Counted from the first letter of the stretch, positions 15,841-30,276 are shown. The stretch is DNA of 54,898 nt from Eledone cirrhosa (GCA_964016885.1 CAXHJY010000153.1:1-54898), one strand, 5' to 3'. Notes: generated by a model from the letters alone, not told the origin. Numbers and translations: made by a program.

Positions 15841-16999
15841 GTAAGTAAGGATGCTTATCAAGGATTATTAATTTTAATCGTAATATCCAGACTTTAAATT
15901 ATTTTAAGATTAACAAAGAAAATCAAACTGTTTTAATATACCAGTTGTGATACAAATCCACCCGAAACCACTCTCAATTTCACGACACAAAGAATTTTGC
16001 CTGAAATATTTATATCTTTCAAAAAAACTTACATCAGTAATTTGTTTTAAGAACCTTTGTAACGTTATATATTCCAGCCGGCAGCTTAATAAATGACTAA
16101 ATTCTTTAAATATTTTGATTATTTTCCAATTGAAGAGTATCGGCAGTGCCAATGAGTAGGTAATAGTCATATGGTAACAAAAGGGTTACTATACGCTGTA
16201 TGATAATGCTTTACCAATATGTACATTGACTAGTCTTTAAAGGGTGACTATGCTTTTAGTTAGAACAGATTTATCAATGGAATTTTTTTTATTTACTGAT
16301 ATGGCTCTGGTTCTCTGTACAAATGAATATGGTTTTAGACACATTCCTTAACTGCCACAATCTTTTCAGATTAATATCTATATCGGCGTCATTCCTTAAC
16401 CTTGCAGCACACTTCTGAACAATATTATAGTTATGTCATATTGCTATGTCGATAATTCGTAAGCTATTGTCATTCATGTCATGGAAAATGATGCCAGCAT
16501 TTTTATGCGCTATCTGTTGACCTATCTCTATGCAAAGATCCATAATTTTTTAACATTTTCATTCATATGACAGCTGGTGCTTCACATATAAAGCACAACT
16601 TTTTTTTATTTTTACTCTTTTAATAGATGATATTTGATGAGTTATATTTAGAATAGCCATACTACGTTTTTGTGACTCCAAATATATTTTGTCAGATCTA
16701 ATCTATGTCATTTCAATAAAATGTGTATTGTCTCAGAAAATGATCCACATTGCTGACATATGTCATTGGTATGGTAGGATGCGGTTGGCCGCATTTAAAA
16801 AAGAAAAGGAATTTCTCTTGATAGTATGTTATAAGTCATCTGGTATTATACTACAATAGACAGTTGTTGAATAATAGTGGCGTGTGCACAGAGATTCCTT
16901 CAATGTTATTTATATTAGAAACTAAATATATGTTTACATGCTTCTATGGAATAAGATCCTTTAAACTTTACGTTGAATAAATTTCGAGAAACATTCATG

Positions 17000-17400
17000 A
17001 ACTAACCAAGCCATTGCTGTTTTCCTTTAGTTCTGGGATTATTAGAATGTAACCTATCCTTCAGATACCGCCTCCTAAAAATATAGGGGATGGTGCCTAA
17101 ATGAGGGGCCCACACAAAATCAGTGCTCCAACTGATCAGACGATTTCCAAAGTTATGTTGCAGCTATTTTCGTGTCATATTGGAGGAGTGAGCGATTGCT
17201 GGAACCAGAACCTCTTCCTTAGGGATGTTTTTATGGACTGTAGCTCCTTTTTGAAAAACTTCCATTTACTCCACATAGCGTTTCATTGTGACTGTAGCAG
17301 TGACAGCATTTTATTTAAAAGAATAATGGAACAATCAAACATCTTTCAGAGATGGCAGCCCAGACGCTACATTTATTCGTGTGGAGAAGATTCACAGCCC
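17000..17400 (-). pseudogene. Decayed Tc1/mariner-superfamily transposase fragment
   Basis: Manual translation with stops and frameshifts: TVTMKRYVE, FWFQQ, AHSSNMT, FGNRLISWSTDFVWAP, YLKDRLHSNNPRT. Confidence 0.65.
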
Positions 17401-17526
17401 CTCTAAGTGGAAGCGGGCTTCATCAGTCGGCGAAACAACAGCCGAGATTTTGAAGAAAAAATAAGTATATTTGTGTGTATTTGTTCTTCACATTTTTTAT
17501 TTTATATCGAACAATATCTCACTCTG

Positions 17527-17572
<46 letters not shown>

Positions 17573-17584
17573 TCACTCTCACTC

Positions 17585-17631
<47 letters not shown>

Positions 17632-18253
17632 TGTAAAATTTGTTAAAAAATGTGTTCTCTGTTCAACCTTTATTGTTGTAACTATCAATTTTCTTTAACG
17701 TACTGGCTGAGAAAAGAAACCTACAATGAAAGAACATATTAATGTTTACCCAACCCAAATGTTGTATTTATTAACATTTCTATCTGCAGGTTCTCATATC
17801 GTTTTTGATTGATTTGGTGCATATATCGCACCTATTCCTATGTTTTAAACATTAGATAACGATTGCTGGTGTATATTGTACGACAGAATTAGCTGAAAAA
17901 TATTTTGAATGAACAAATAAAAGAGATATAAAAGATAGATGTCTGTTGGTTGCTTCCTTCGCGTATCACACGAAAAAAACGAAAAGTGACAATTGGAAAG
18001 GATTGGGATGAGTATATATCCAGGAGGGTTTATTGATACTCATTTTATAACACCAAAGAAGAAGGAAGACCTACCACGTATGCTAACCAACCTGACTGCT
18101 ATTTCTAGCACGTTGGGAATCAACCATAATGGTTTCTCTCTGCGAGTTCGTTGTCAGTGATGATCGTTTTTCGCGGCCTATGTCACCAATACCAACGGTG
18201 GTTTACACACACATACGCGCGCGCACTCGCACACACACAAACACACACACATG

Positions 18254-18285
<32 letters not shown>

Positions 18286-18543
18286 TATATATACACACAC
18301 TCACACGCGCGAACACTCACACACATATAGATATATACACAAACACACACAAACATACACACACACTGTAAACAAGACAATGCATTCAGTACAGAGGTTT
18401 TCTCTTCTGCCGGTCTTCTTTTATCATTTGTTAACCCTGGCGAAGCTGGATACCTCAGCTAGTATATATATATATATATACAATAAAGAGAGACACAAAC
18501 ACAGATATATACATATATGCGTTCAAATCACAAGGGACCTAAA

Positions 18544-18586
<43 letters not shown>

Positions 18587-18680
18587 AAGAGAGAGAGAGA
18601 GGTGGGGGTCAAGGGAAGGAGAGACGGCTGTGTACGTAGAGTATATATCTATTTACATATATAGACATATATGCATATCC

Positions 18681-18742
<62 letters not shown>

Positions 18743-18877
18743 AAAGTTATATTTAAATTGTTGGGTTACAACTAGTAAATATTTATAACTGATATAAAAG
18801 CACTCGACAAATATTTGGAGTATATTTACAATATTAAATAAATGGAAACTATATTTATAAAACCATATTTATTTCAT

Positions 18878-19118
18878 TATATATATTTCAGGGATATCAT
18901 ATTAACAATATGCCATGCCTTCCTCAGACAAAATACAATATAAACAGTTTTATAGATAAATAGATTCGACATACCGTAACAACATCGACTTGTATTTGAA
19001 AAGGTTGATCAACCTTTTCAAATACAAGTCGATGTTGTTACGGTATGTCGAATCTATTTATCTATAAAACTGTTTATATTGTATTTTGTCTGAGGAAGGC
19101 ATGGCATATTGTTAATAT
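18878..19118. repeat. Perfect spacer-less ~240-bp palindrome
   Basis: Centre ttgaaaaggttga|tcaaccttttcaa at 19008/19009. The arms read as exact reverse complements out to atatatttcagggatatc / gatatccctgaaatatat. Confidence 0.93.
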
Positions 19119-19147
19119 GATATCCCTGAAATATATATATATATATT

Positions 19148-19296
<149 letters not shown>

Positions 19297-19639
19297 ATAT
19301 TTGGGGAGGGTCATATTTGCGTAATATTGCCAGAATTAATAACAGAACACACTCACTGTTTGGTTGGTTTTCGCTTCTCGCTGTCTTTTATATATACACA
19401 TCTGCGATCTAACTTACTCGGTCCTCAATGTTGCCATTGACTGACCGGCGGTCAAAAATAATACAGATACAATATAGACAAACACATATATATATAGTTT
19501 ACATAATTTACATAAATCTTTCGTTGCACATCTGCAACATCGTCAGTGGTGTTATATTCATTGTTCCTCCTGTTGTGTTGTATGTCTACGCCATTTTTTT
19601 GTTCAGTCTGTCTATATATTTATTTATTTATTTGCTTGT

Positions 19640-20113
19640 TTGTTTATCTTATTTTATTTTGTCTTCTCTTTTGTCTTCAGCAAAACCTACCCTTTTAAGA
19701 AAACCCACTGTACCAATAGGAAATGTATCATATGTAAGGTGAACCCCCGGATAAACTGTAAAACTAGAAACGTAGTCTATAGCATAAGATGTACAGAGGG
19801 TACTTGCAGAAACACGACAACAACATACATAGGTGAGACAGCTCGTAGCATAGGTGAAAGGATAGACCAACACTGGGGGGAACTAAAAGGACGAAAAAAC
19901 GGGTCAGTACTATACGAACATGCTAGACAACAACATGACGGTAACATAGACAACATAGAAATTAGAATAATATCTAAACATAGGAATGACCCAGCAGATA
20001 GGCAAATCAGAGAGGCCAGTGAAATAGAAATTAGAATACCAAAGCTAAACAGAAAGAATGAGTGGAACAACAACAACACCCAAACAAACAACACTGACCT
20101 AAGAGAAGTATAA
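19640..20113 (+). CDS. PLE GIY-YIG endonuclease domain (5'-truncated; real homology starts at about 19690)
   Basis: CTNRKCIICK..NCKTRNVVYSIRC..YIGETARSIGERIDQH..SVLYEH..RQIREASEI..LNRKNEW. Confidence 0.88.
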   Translation: MFILFYFVFSFVFSKTYPFKKTHCTNRKCIICKVNPRINCKTRNVVYSIRCTEGTCRNTTTTYIGETARSIGERIDQHWGELKGRKNGSVLYEHARQQHDGNIDNIEIRIISKHRNDPADRQIREASEIEIRIPKLNRKNEWNNNNTQTNNTDLREV

Positions 20114-20380
20114 ATAAATAAGTAAATTAAATTAAATAAAATAAGATAAATAAATACATACACAAGCACATAAACCCACACTAGTCACCCAGCAGACACA
20201 ACACTATACACACTAGCCACACATCACACATAACACTATACACACACGCAAACGCATGCGCAGAGAAGACAAAATAAAATAAGATAAACAAACAAGCAAA
20301 TAAATAAATAAATATATAGACAGACTGAACAAAAAAATGGCGTAGACATACAACACAACAGGAGGAACAATGAATATAAC

Positions 20381-20422
20381 ACCACTGACGATGTTGCAGA
20401 TGTGCAACGAAAGATTTATGTA
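20381..20422 (+). ncRNA. Hammerhead-like motif in the PLE-B pLTR (mirror copy at about 19509-19550 on minus)
   Basis: acca CTGACGA t-gttgca-gatg-tgcaac GAAA gatt TA tgt. Core and 6-bp stem II are clear, stem I is weak. Confidence 0.65.
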
Positions 20423-20689
20423 AATTATGTAAACTATATATATATGTGTTTGTCTATATTGTATCTGTATTATTTTTGACCGCCGGTCAGTCAATGGCAA
20501 CATTGAGGACCGAGTAAGTTAGATCGCAGATATGTATATATAAAAGACAGCGAGAAGCGAAAACCAACCAAACAGTGAGTGTGTTCTGTTATTAATTCTG
20601 GCAATATTACGCAAATATGACCCTCCCCAAATATAACAATATCTGTTTCGACACACGATTTCATATAAAAAACCTCGCAAAACTAATAT

Positions 20690-20754
<65 letters not shown>

Positions 20755-21245
20755 TGTGTGTGTTGTGTATGTATGTATTTCATAGATTTTCCTAGAATCT
20801 TGATCTTAAACCATGTGTTGAAGCAGATACGTCACCAAGATGAATCTGACAATAATTCATACTGCTTGTAATATTCTTTATTTTTTAATTGAATGACTTC
20901 TCAAAATATCATATGTCTCTGACCTTCTGATTGACTTCTACATGGCTGCCTGTTCTCTATCTCTTTATCTATTTCTGAATATATGTATATTTATGTATTG
21001 CTTGTGGAGGAGACAGAACAAAGAAGTCTCTTTAATGTTTTTTCTTCCCACCTTTCGTCAATATCGTCTGCCTGGTTGATGTAGCGACGTTACGTCTTGC
21101 GTCTCTATTGTACTGATTGTCATGTGTTTATGAATGCGTCTGTCTGTGTCCATATGTAGGTATATGTGCGTATTTGTATGTGTGTATAAGTATATATAAC
21201 TATATATATGTGTGTGTGTGTGCGTGTGTATGTGTGTCTGTGTCT

Positions 21246-21321
<76 letters not shown>

Positions 21322-21518
21322 CGGTAGTTTGTTGTTCTTTTTTCTTGTTTTATCATTGCTGTCAACAGCATCATCCATCTTAATGCTTGTGATTTACGTA
21401 TCAAACTTGTAAATCATTTCTTTGCATCGGATTCCTGTCGTAGTATCGTCAAAATATATCTATCTATCTGCCTGACTATCAACCTATCTCCGTATATATA
21501 TCTCTCTATCTATCTATC

Positions 21519-21585
<67 letters not shown>

Positions 21586-21647
21586 CTATCTATATATATA
21601 TATATATAGATATATATCTACGAAGCAATATTTCAATCTCTCTCTCC

Positions 21648-21678
<31 letters not shown>

Positions 21679-21801
21679 ATATATACATATATATATATAT
21701 GTATAATATATACATATATATGTATAATATATACATATATATATAATATAAACATATATATATATATATTTATATATACATATATATATATATATAATAT
21801 A

Positions 21802-21841
<40 letters not shown>

Positions 21842-21924
21842 TATATAATATATACATATATAATATATACATATATATAATATATACATATATAATATAT
21901 ATATATATAATATATATATATATA

Positions 21925-22013
<89 letters not shown>

Positions 22014-22084
22014 CGTGTGTGTGTGTGTGTGTGTATACAGAGAGTGGGAGAGAGATAAGAAGAAGATTTAAGAACATTATACAA

Positions 22085-22490
22085 TGATCCTATTCATCTT
22101 AGCTTGTAATGGCTAATGATTTATGAGAAGTGCAGTACATATCTATTGCAGGATCGCTGGTGCCAATATGGGTCAGACAGATTAGCACGCAGACACTGCA
22201 GGAGGAATTGTTTTCTGGTTTCGGTGTGGGCCATGTTTCTTTCTTCGACTCATTTGGTTTGTCACATCAGTCCTACGTGTATTGTCGAAACAGCATACAA
22301 TTGAATCCTGAATCGTGTGTTACTGTGTGGTCAGTGTGGCATGCCTGAAGGGGCATTTTCAAAGACATTTCTTCATTTCATTCGGCAGCTCTCTGTAACT
22401 GTGGGACGTGGACTGTTCGCCATAGTATGCAATGCCTCGCAGTTGATGATACCTCACTTGAGAAATCAATGGTCCATCATTGTCATATCT
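22085..22490 (-). mobile_element. Highly decayed RTE-like LINE 3' end
   Basis: Remnants YYGEQST.. and terminal SCSVCVLICLTHIG resemble the RTE C-terminal zinc finger. Many stops. Confidence 0.4.
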
Positions 22491-22845
22491 AATTCTTTCT
22501 ACATTTGGCACAAGGCCAGCAATTACCCAATATATTATTGGTACCTTAGGCAATGTTAACCTCGATGGGATTTGAACTCAAACCGTAAAGGGACGTAACT
22601 ATGCTAGACATCATGGCGTCCAACCCTCTACTGATACTGCCAATTCACCTCTCTATATAATTGTTTTTACTTTGGGTACAAGGCAAGCAATTACCCAGTG
22701 CATTACTAGTACTTTATTTTATGGACCCCGTAAGGATGAAACGCAAAGTTAACCTCGATGGGATTTGAACACAAACCGTAAAGGATGTAACTATGCTAGA
22801 AAACATGGCGTCCAACCCTCTACCGATACTGCCAATTCACCTCTC
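22490..22845 (-). mobile_element. Two tandem tRNA-derived SINEs (the 22490-22655 copy is internally deleted)
   Basis: Two reverse-complement heads (ccctctac.gatactgccaattcacc) at about 22625-22650 and 22815-22841. Confidence 0.85.
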
Positions 22846-23076
22846 TATATATTATCATGAAGATATAGCTTTGGAATTTCATTGTGGTTCCACCCGTCTG
22901 TTCACAACTCAACCTCTTCCACGTTAATTCACAAATCTGATGTTACGTTGATCAGACGTTTGAATTCTCATCAAAGCGGCTGAGGATCCATCATCGTCTT
23001 CCAAACTATCAGCTCCCATTCCATTCTCAAACTATACATTGCTACATTCATCGCCTTCTATTAATTTCTTTAGTAT

Positions 23077-23392
23077 GGGGCGGTGAATTGGCAGTATCGG
23101 TAGAGCGTAAGACACTATCCTTTACTGCATAGAGTTATGGCCCTTTTCGTTCCCCCAAATTGCTAGCCTGGTGCTTATATAAGAAACCATTCTTATTATT
23201 GAGGGTGGTGAATTGGCAGTATCGGTAGAGGGTTGGATGCCATGCTTTCTAGCATAGTTACGTCCCTTTACGGTCTGAGTTCAAATCCCGACGAGGTTAA
23301 CTTTGCCTTTCATCCTTACGGGGTCGATAAAATAAAGTACCAGTAATGCACTGCGATAATTGCTGGCCTTGTGATAAAAGTAGAAACAATTA
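23077..23392 (+). mobile_element. Dimeric tRNA-derived SINE flanked by one 16-bp TSD
   Basis: Box A-like tggcagtatcgg occurs twice and box B gagttcaaatccc once. attaatttctttagta occurs at 23060-23075 and 23389-23404. Confidence 0.87.
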
Positions 23393-24149
23393 ATTTCTTT
23401 AGTAGAACTGTCAGCTCTTTATTTATTTCGAAGAAAAGTGAGAACATGAATTCGACATGGGTGAGATTTGCTGCCTTCTTGTATTGTACCCACTATCACT
23501 CGTGGGTGTATAACATTTTCCAATTTCCCCGTGTAGGAATATGTTTATAAAATCAATCGCTCATGCAATTTAGAATTGGTATTATCCAAAGCATCTGACG
23601 AGGTCAGCTGATAATTCAAATTACGCTAGGAATAATATTTTTGTAGTTCCTGTTACATTTCTAATTTCAAGTGCATAATATTCTCACAACATTTTATTGC
23701 TTCTAATCAAAATTTAACTAGACATTTCTGAGTGAAACATGTTAAATAGAATAATAGCATTCTAAGTAGATGCTTTGCAACAACTGGAACGAATAATGCT
23801 AAAGAAATAAATAAAATGTAAAGCAACAAACAGGAACTACAACAGCAACAAGAAGAGCAATAAACAGTATAAACATAAAACCATCAAACAAGAGAAAAAT
23901 AAGAATGAAACATAAATATTTGCTAAAATGTATAGTGGTAGAGAATTACGACAAAGTTTAATTACTTTGCAACAGTTAATTGATTCATGGTAATGCAGGA
24001 AGTAAAATGGAGCCTGAACTGCGAGAATTTTCTAAGATCTTGGGTGATTATTTCCAACTAATCTTCTAAGTACCTTTCAATTGATAGCATATATATATCA
24101 CACGCAGATGCGGATTCTTGTATGTGCATATGTATAATATATATATATA

Positions 24150-24183
<34 letters not shown>

Positions 24184-24211
24184 ATATATATATATATATG
24201 GATCTATATAC

Positions 24212-24278
<67 letters not shown>

Positions 24279-24322
24279 CACATATATATATATGTATATA
24301 TACATATATATACGTATATATA

Positions 24323-24392
<70 letters not shown>

Positions 24393-24478
24393 TACACACA
24401 TATATACATACGTACGTATAATGTATATATATATACTTTTGCACACATACATATTGATGTAGAGCTATACATGTATGC

Positions 24479-24511
<33 letters not shown>

Positions 24512-24692
24512 TGTATGTATATACATTTTTTTGTATGTACGTATGTTTGTATGTATGAGTGTAATCTATAACGTTCAATGTTCTACGTTATTTGCAAATG
24601 GATGCAATTTCGAGATTTTCTGATTAATATACACTTAGAAATTATATTCCATTCACAAACATACCCGGAAAGACACACACACACACAAACGC

Positions 24693-24725
<33 letters not shown>

Positions 24726-24733
24726 AAGACAGA

Positions 24734-24803
<70 letters not shown>

Positions 24804-24815
24804 TATATATACATT

Positions 24816-24866
<51 letters not shown>

Positions 24867-24870
24867 TATA

Positions 24871-24928
<58 letters not shown>

Positions 24929-24971
24929 AGTGTAGTAATTAACCATTACTGCATCCAGGATAATTCTATAC

Positions 24972-25003
<32 letters not shown>

Positions 25004-25040
25004 CTTACACATGCATCTAAATATACGTGAGGTAATGCAT

Positions 25041-25080
<40 letters not shown>

Positions 25081-25634
25081 GCATACATACATAACATACA
25101 TATAAATATATATATGTGTGTTTATGTGCATTAGTAATTGAGTTAGCTTTAGTTATGAAACTAAAACAATATGGAGACGTAGATGTCGCTGCAGTATAGA
25201 TGAATCAGTGTAATATCAAACACACTGAGTGGATTTATAATTTAATATATAGATGTATCAAATTGGCAACGCAAGTAATAATCATAATACTATTGATTTC
25301 AGAATTGTTGCAGTAATATTCTACACGTTAGTGGGTGTGAGCGATAGATTCAATCTGTGTTAAACCTTGGCTTATTATTTTATCTAGTGGCCCCCAAACT
25401 GATATTATAACTAAATTGGTAATGTTTGGAGTTTGACCGTAAATCCAAAATGGGGCTGAAATTGCAACTAACCGTCTGGGGTTTGCTTTTCCACGGGTTG
25501 ACTTTCAAGCTCACTCCGTTATCCCGGTTAATGCAAGTGCGAAATCTTTCATAAATGTTTCGATTACCTCTGCATCTAAGGTGTCCATCAGCACGAAATT
25601 GACGTAGTTCTCGTTTGAGTTAACCCATAAGAAT

Positions 25635-26050
25635 AGTTATTTCTACTCTAGGTACAAGGTCAACAATTTGAAGGAGAGGGAAATGTCGATTAAATCGACC
25701 CAGTGCATTACTGATGTATTATGTATAGACTCGGTAAGGATGAAAGTCAAAGCTAACCCCGGCAGGATTTAAACTCAGAACGTAAAGATCGAAGCGTGTT
25801 GTCCGACGTTCTATCGGTACAGCCAATCCCATAGGAATAATAATATAGAGTGTTATTTAGGAAAATAGCCAACCATTTTAGGTAAGGGAAACAATCTCTT
25901 ATACCGATCACTGTACTTTAATTTTACTTTATTTTACCGACCTCGAAATGATGGAAAGCAACATACCTCAGTCGTATTTAACACAGAATGTAAAGTACCA
26001 GAACAAATAACACAATGACTTATTTCCGATGCCTTAACAGTCCTAGTAAT
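25635..26050 (-). mobile_element. Two diverged SINE copies
   Basis: Reverse-complement body segments (ggatgaaagtcaaagctaacc; aaatgatggaaagcaac). Confidence 0.6.
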
Positions 26051-28337
26051 ACAATACCTTCGGTAATTATGGCTTCTATTTTAGACACAAGGTCAGCACC
26101 CGAGGACTTGATATTGTGTGGCTTCGGTCACAGATGATCAGATATCCAAATTGTGTGTTTGCGTGAAGAATGACAAGTTTGACATTCCTTTGATCAAGAG
26201 ACTTGCCAGCAGCTAAATATAGCTCAAGATAACATTGTGTACAGTTTAAAACTATGAGTGTGGGCATTAATTTTACTTTCTTTTAACCGGAGGTAAATTC
26301 CATTTGCTGTCTTTGTAGGAGTTATTCGGTAAATGATAAATTGTTTGAAAAATTATATTTCTGTAGCTCCGTTATATGTACGAAATACAATATCATTGTT
26401 TGAAACTCTGAGATATGTTGAGGCAAGGTAATGTAAGATTAGTGTTGTCAACACTGCCATATTTTGAATTTGAATTTATATCGCATATAATGGAGCAAAA
26501 CTTTTTTCTGAAAGATTAATAAAAATTTAAATAAATCACTTCATCCAAAGAAATTTTTGAAAATGGGACAGAAATCAATCTATTATTTGTGTATAAAATG
26601 TAACCAATAATCGTACTATTATAGCAAGTTATGCAGTTTTCTGCTTATAGCACAACTGGAAAGAATAAGGAACAGTTTTAACTCATTTGAACAACGATGT
26701 CAAAGATGTCGGTGACATTTCATTGGATAGCAATTTTGTTTGTAGCAGAATAAATGCGGTGCTCAAGAATGTCGAAGTTGAAATCTAGGAAACTTATTAT
26801 ACAGATTGTTAAATCTACTATATGAGAGACGTATGTTGACATATATTGATCATAAAGTATATTTCGAAGATGTTGTTTTGCGAAGCATGACAAAGCTTCA
26901 CTACTGACATTATTATCTAAAATAAACATAAACAAATGACAATATTTGTATGACAAAATAGCAATAAAATCCCATTGTATATTGTGATACAGCTGCAGCT
27001 CTTGCTCTGGTGATAAGAAAAATGTCTTCTTTAAATTGATGAAGGATGACAATCGTAAATGTTGCTTCTGCAATGTTATAAACAGAGAATATATAGTTGC
27101 CAAAAAACGTTTCACTAGTCTTAAATCTAAGTAATAAAAAATATCAACACTCTCAAAACTAATATTAAATCGGATATTCTCTTTAATATACTTTTATGGC
27201 GATGACATATTAGAGCTCATAAAATTATTATGACATCAATATAAAATATTTGTCAAAGGGAATAAAGCATACCGAGAAATATTTGATAGTTTTGTTTTCA
27301 GTTTTTAACGGACACAGCTGAATTTAAGCTTGTGTTTATACTCGACGTGTACTCTTAACTAAATTCTCAGGGAGAGCCACTGTGACACAAATGTGACATG
27401 CCTGGCTCTTTGAATTTCAGGTAAAACTCAGTTTTGCTAGCCACATGAAACAAATTTTCTTGTCCATGGATTAAATACACCGCCAGCAATAGAACACTTG
27501 ACCATACGTTCTTAAGGAAGGCAACGTATTCAGTAGGTTACGCGCTTTTACTGCATACACAGTGTTTTGTCGGCTATCTTGTTGTTAGGTAACTGATGAT
27601 ATTTTAATTACCGTTTTGGATAATTTGTCTCTGATTAAAATTCTTGATTGTATTTATATAAGATAAATTAGCTTTTTAAATTGATTCATTCAATTATTAT
27701 TTGATGATCTAGCTAAAGTGGGCATGATATAGCGAGTTGAATTATCTGAATTATAAAACAAGTCTAATAAAGATAGGCAAAGGATCCCTTACTCTTGACG
27801 GAATCATAGGGGCATCGTGTTGACACTCAGCATATGTTGGGCAACTTAACCCAGGCAGAGCATATCTCTCTCCATGTCAGAAAAACAATCCCTGTACAGG
27901 ATTCATATTTTATTTATCGACTTCGAATGGATGAAGGAATGTGTACGCAATGTTGTTATTTTCTACAAACAGTAAAAAACAACAACACGAACAAGAAACA
28001 ATCGAAGGTGGTTTAAGAGCGACGCTAGGTTAATTCTATTGATCAAGCACCAAGCTCTTGTGTATTTCTCATCAGAGATTATTCTTTGGACTTTCTAAAT
28101 TCGAACTCAATAATGTAAATTTAAAGTGTTTTAATTTCTAATTAAATTAAAAATTTTGAATTCAAAATTAATTGAAAGATTTCTTCTCAAGAAAATATTA
28201 TAGTTATCTTGGACATGATGCTTTTTTTATAATCGTATCTGATATAGCTAATGATATCATTGACGATACATACTTACATACATGCATACATACATACATA
28301 CATACATACACATACATATACATAGATACATACATAC

Positions 28338-28965
28338 ATGATGATGGCTGCTCCCTCGATATCGAGTATGCCATTGCACGATATACAATTATTAATAATT
28401 ATTAATTAATTCCATCGTGCAATGCCTGTGCGTGAAGATATTTTTTTAAGTGAGGAAAGACTGTGCACTGAGCCAATCCCACTCTCTGAGCGACAGTAGC
28501 TATAAACCGAAAAGAAGAAAAGATCAACATCATCGGCAACTACTGAGTCGCAGGTATTATATAGGAGTCATCCTGGTTTCCTGAGTTACCTTTTCCTAGA
28601 AGAATGCCCTGACAAAGGCTAGGGGGTCTTCACTCCCAGGGGTTTAACCGCGCGATCGGGTGTCCAGCCCGACTATTTCTATGTCCCCGCGCATATACAT
28701 ACACATGCACCCATTTATATACACATATACATATGCATACACATGTACTTGTGTATATACATATTTACACACTTTTGGATGGCTATTGACTCTTATGAGT
28801 TCTTCCGCCTTTTGTCAGGTTTTGTTCTTTGTCCTGCAGGGTGTCGCAAATCACCCTCGTCACCAAGTAAACTTGGTGGGGTTGCCGGTCTAGTCGCCAA
28901 CGACTCGACAATGCGACAGGTTGTACTGGGTTACATGTTACCAGTAGCATCAAGAGTGATCCGAC
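28338..28965 (-). mobile_element. Bipartite non-autonomous RTE derivative (diverged subfamily)
   Basis: 5' part parallels 45490-45797. The 3' tail reads gcatactcgatatcgagggagcagccatcat followed by (GTAT)n. Confidence 0.75.
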
Positions 28966-29415
28966 ATACATACATACATACATATATACATACATGCATA
29001 CATACATACATACACCTACATATATACATACATATATATGAATATACATATAGAAATGCATGCAGGCATGCATACATGGAAAATACGTACATAAATACAT
29101 GTATACAAACATGCATACATAATAGCACACAAATGTACATGAATTTATTTGTTCTTAGTGTTGTTGGTGCATGTATTGAAGTCTCAAATAATGTATGTCT
29201 GTACATCATGTGAAACAGGTAAGGACGTCTACTAAATATAGTTTAATTATTAGGCTTTCTATTTAGTAGAGTTGCTGCACGTAAATCACGTTTTGATGTA
29301 TATAGATATATCATGTTTTTTGCATATATAAACTCGCATATGTGAGGAGATGTCCAAGATTTGAGCCACGGTCATCATGATTGTACATTGAACAGATCAA
29401 CAATGAAACAATTGT

Positions 29416-29835
29416 AATATGTCAATAATTGTTTCTACTTTTGGCACAATGGCAGCAATTACGCCAGTGTATTACTGGTACTTTATTTTATGGACCCCGT
29501 AAGGATGAAAGGAAAAGTTAACCTCGGCGGGATTTGAACTCAGTCCGTAAAGGGACGCAACTGATTGAGTTCAAATCCCGCCGAGGTTAAATTTGCCTTT
29601 CATCCTTACGGGGTCGATAAAATAAAGTACCAGTAATACACTGGAATAATTGCTGGCCTTGTGCCAAAAGCAATATGTCAATAATTGTTTCTATTTTTAG
29701 GCACAAGGCCAGCAATTACCCAGTACATTACTGCTACTTTATTTTATCGACCCCGTAAGGATAAAAGGCAAAGTTAACCTCGGCGGGATTTGAACTCAGA
29801 CTGTAAAGGCACGTAACTTTAAATATGTCAATAAT
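29416..29835. mobile_element. SINE cluster (minus, plus, minus) with a 14-bp target sequence present three times
   Basis: aatatgtcaataat at 29416, 29672 and 29822, with SINE bodies between them. Confidence 0.85.
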
Positions 29836-29984
29836 GTTTCTAAATATGCTGCAGCACTGCCTTTCATTCTATTTACTTTTTTTTACATTCTGCACACCCC
29901 AGCGCCCTTATCTCTGGAATACAACTCAACAGGTAACGGATCTGGTAGTACCATTGAATGCCCCGAACGGCGAGCCGCCTGTAA

Positions 29985-30160
<176 letters not shown>

Positions 30161-30242
30161 GTTAAGCAGAAATAATAACACACTAGGAACAGTATATGGT
30201 AGGAATAAATTAGGTTAAAGCTTGTAATATCAGAAAGTGGGT

Positions 30243-30276
30243 CTTAACGTTTCTGATGCTAGTCCTTCATCAGAAG
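30243..30276 (-). ncRNA. Degenerate hammerhead-like motif near an element end abutting (CA)n
   Basis: Reverse complement: ctt CTGATGA aggactagcatca GAAA cg TT aag. Core intact, stem II poorly paired. Confidence 0.45.

Noticed and set aside
15900-16800. Possible decayed LINE ORF on the minus strand
   Set aside because: Many stops and no diagnostic motif that I could confirm.
23200-23295. tRNA gene
   Set aside because: Box A/B are present, but there is no cloverleaf and it is followed by the SINE body and tail. It is a SINE head.
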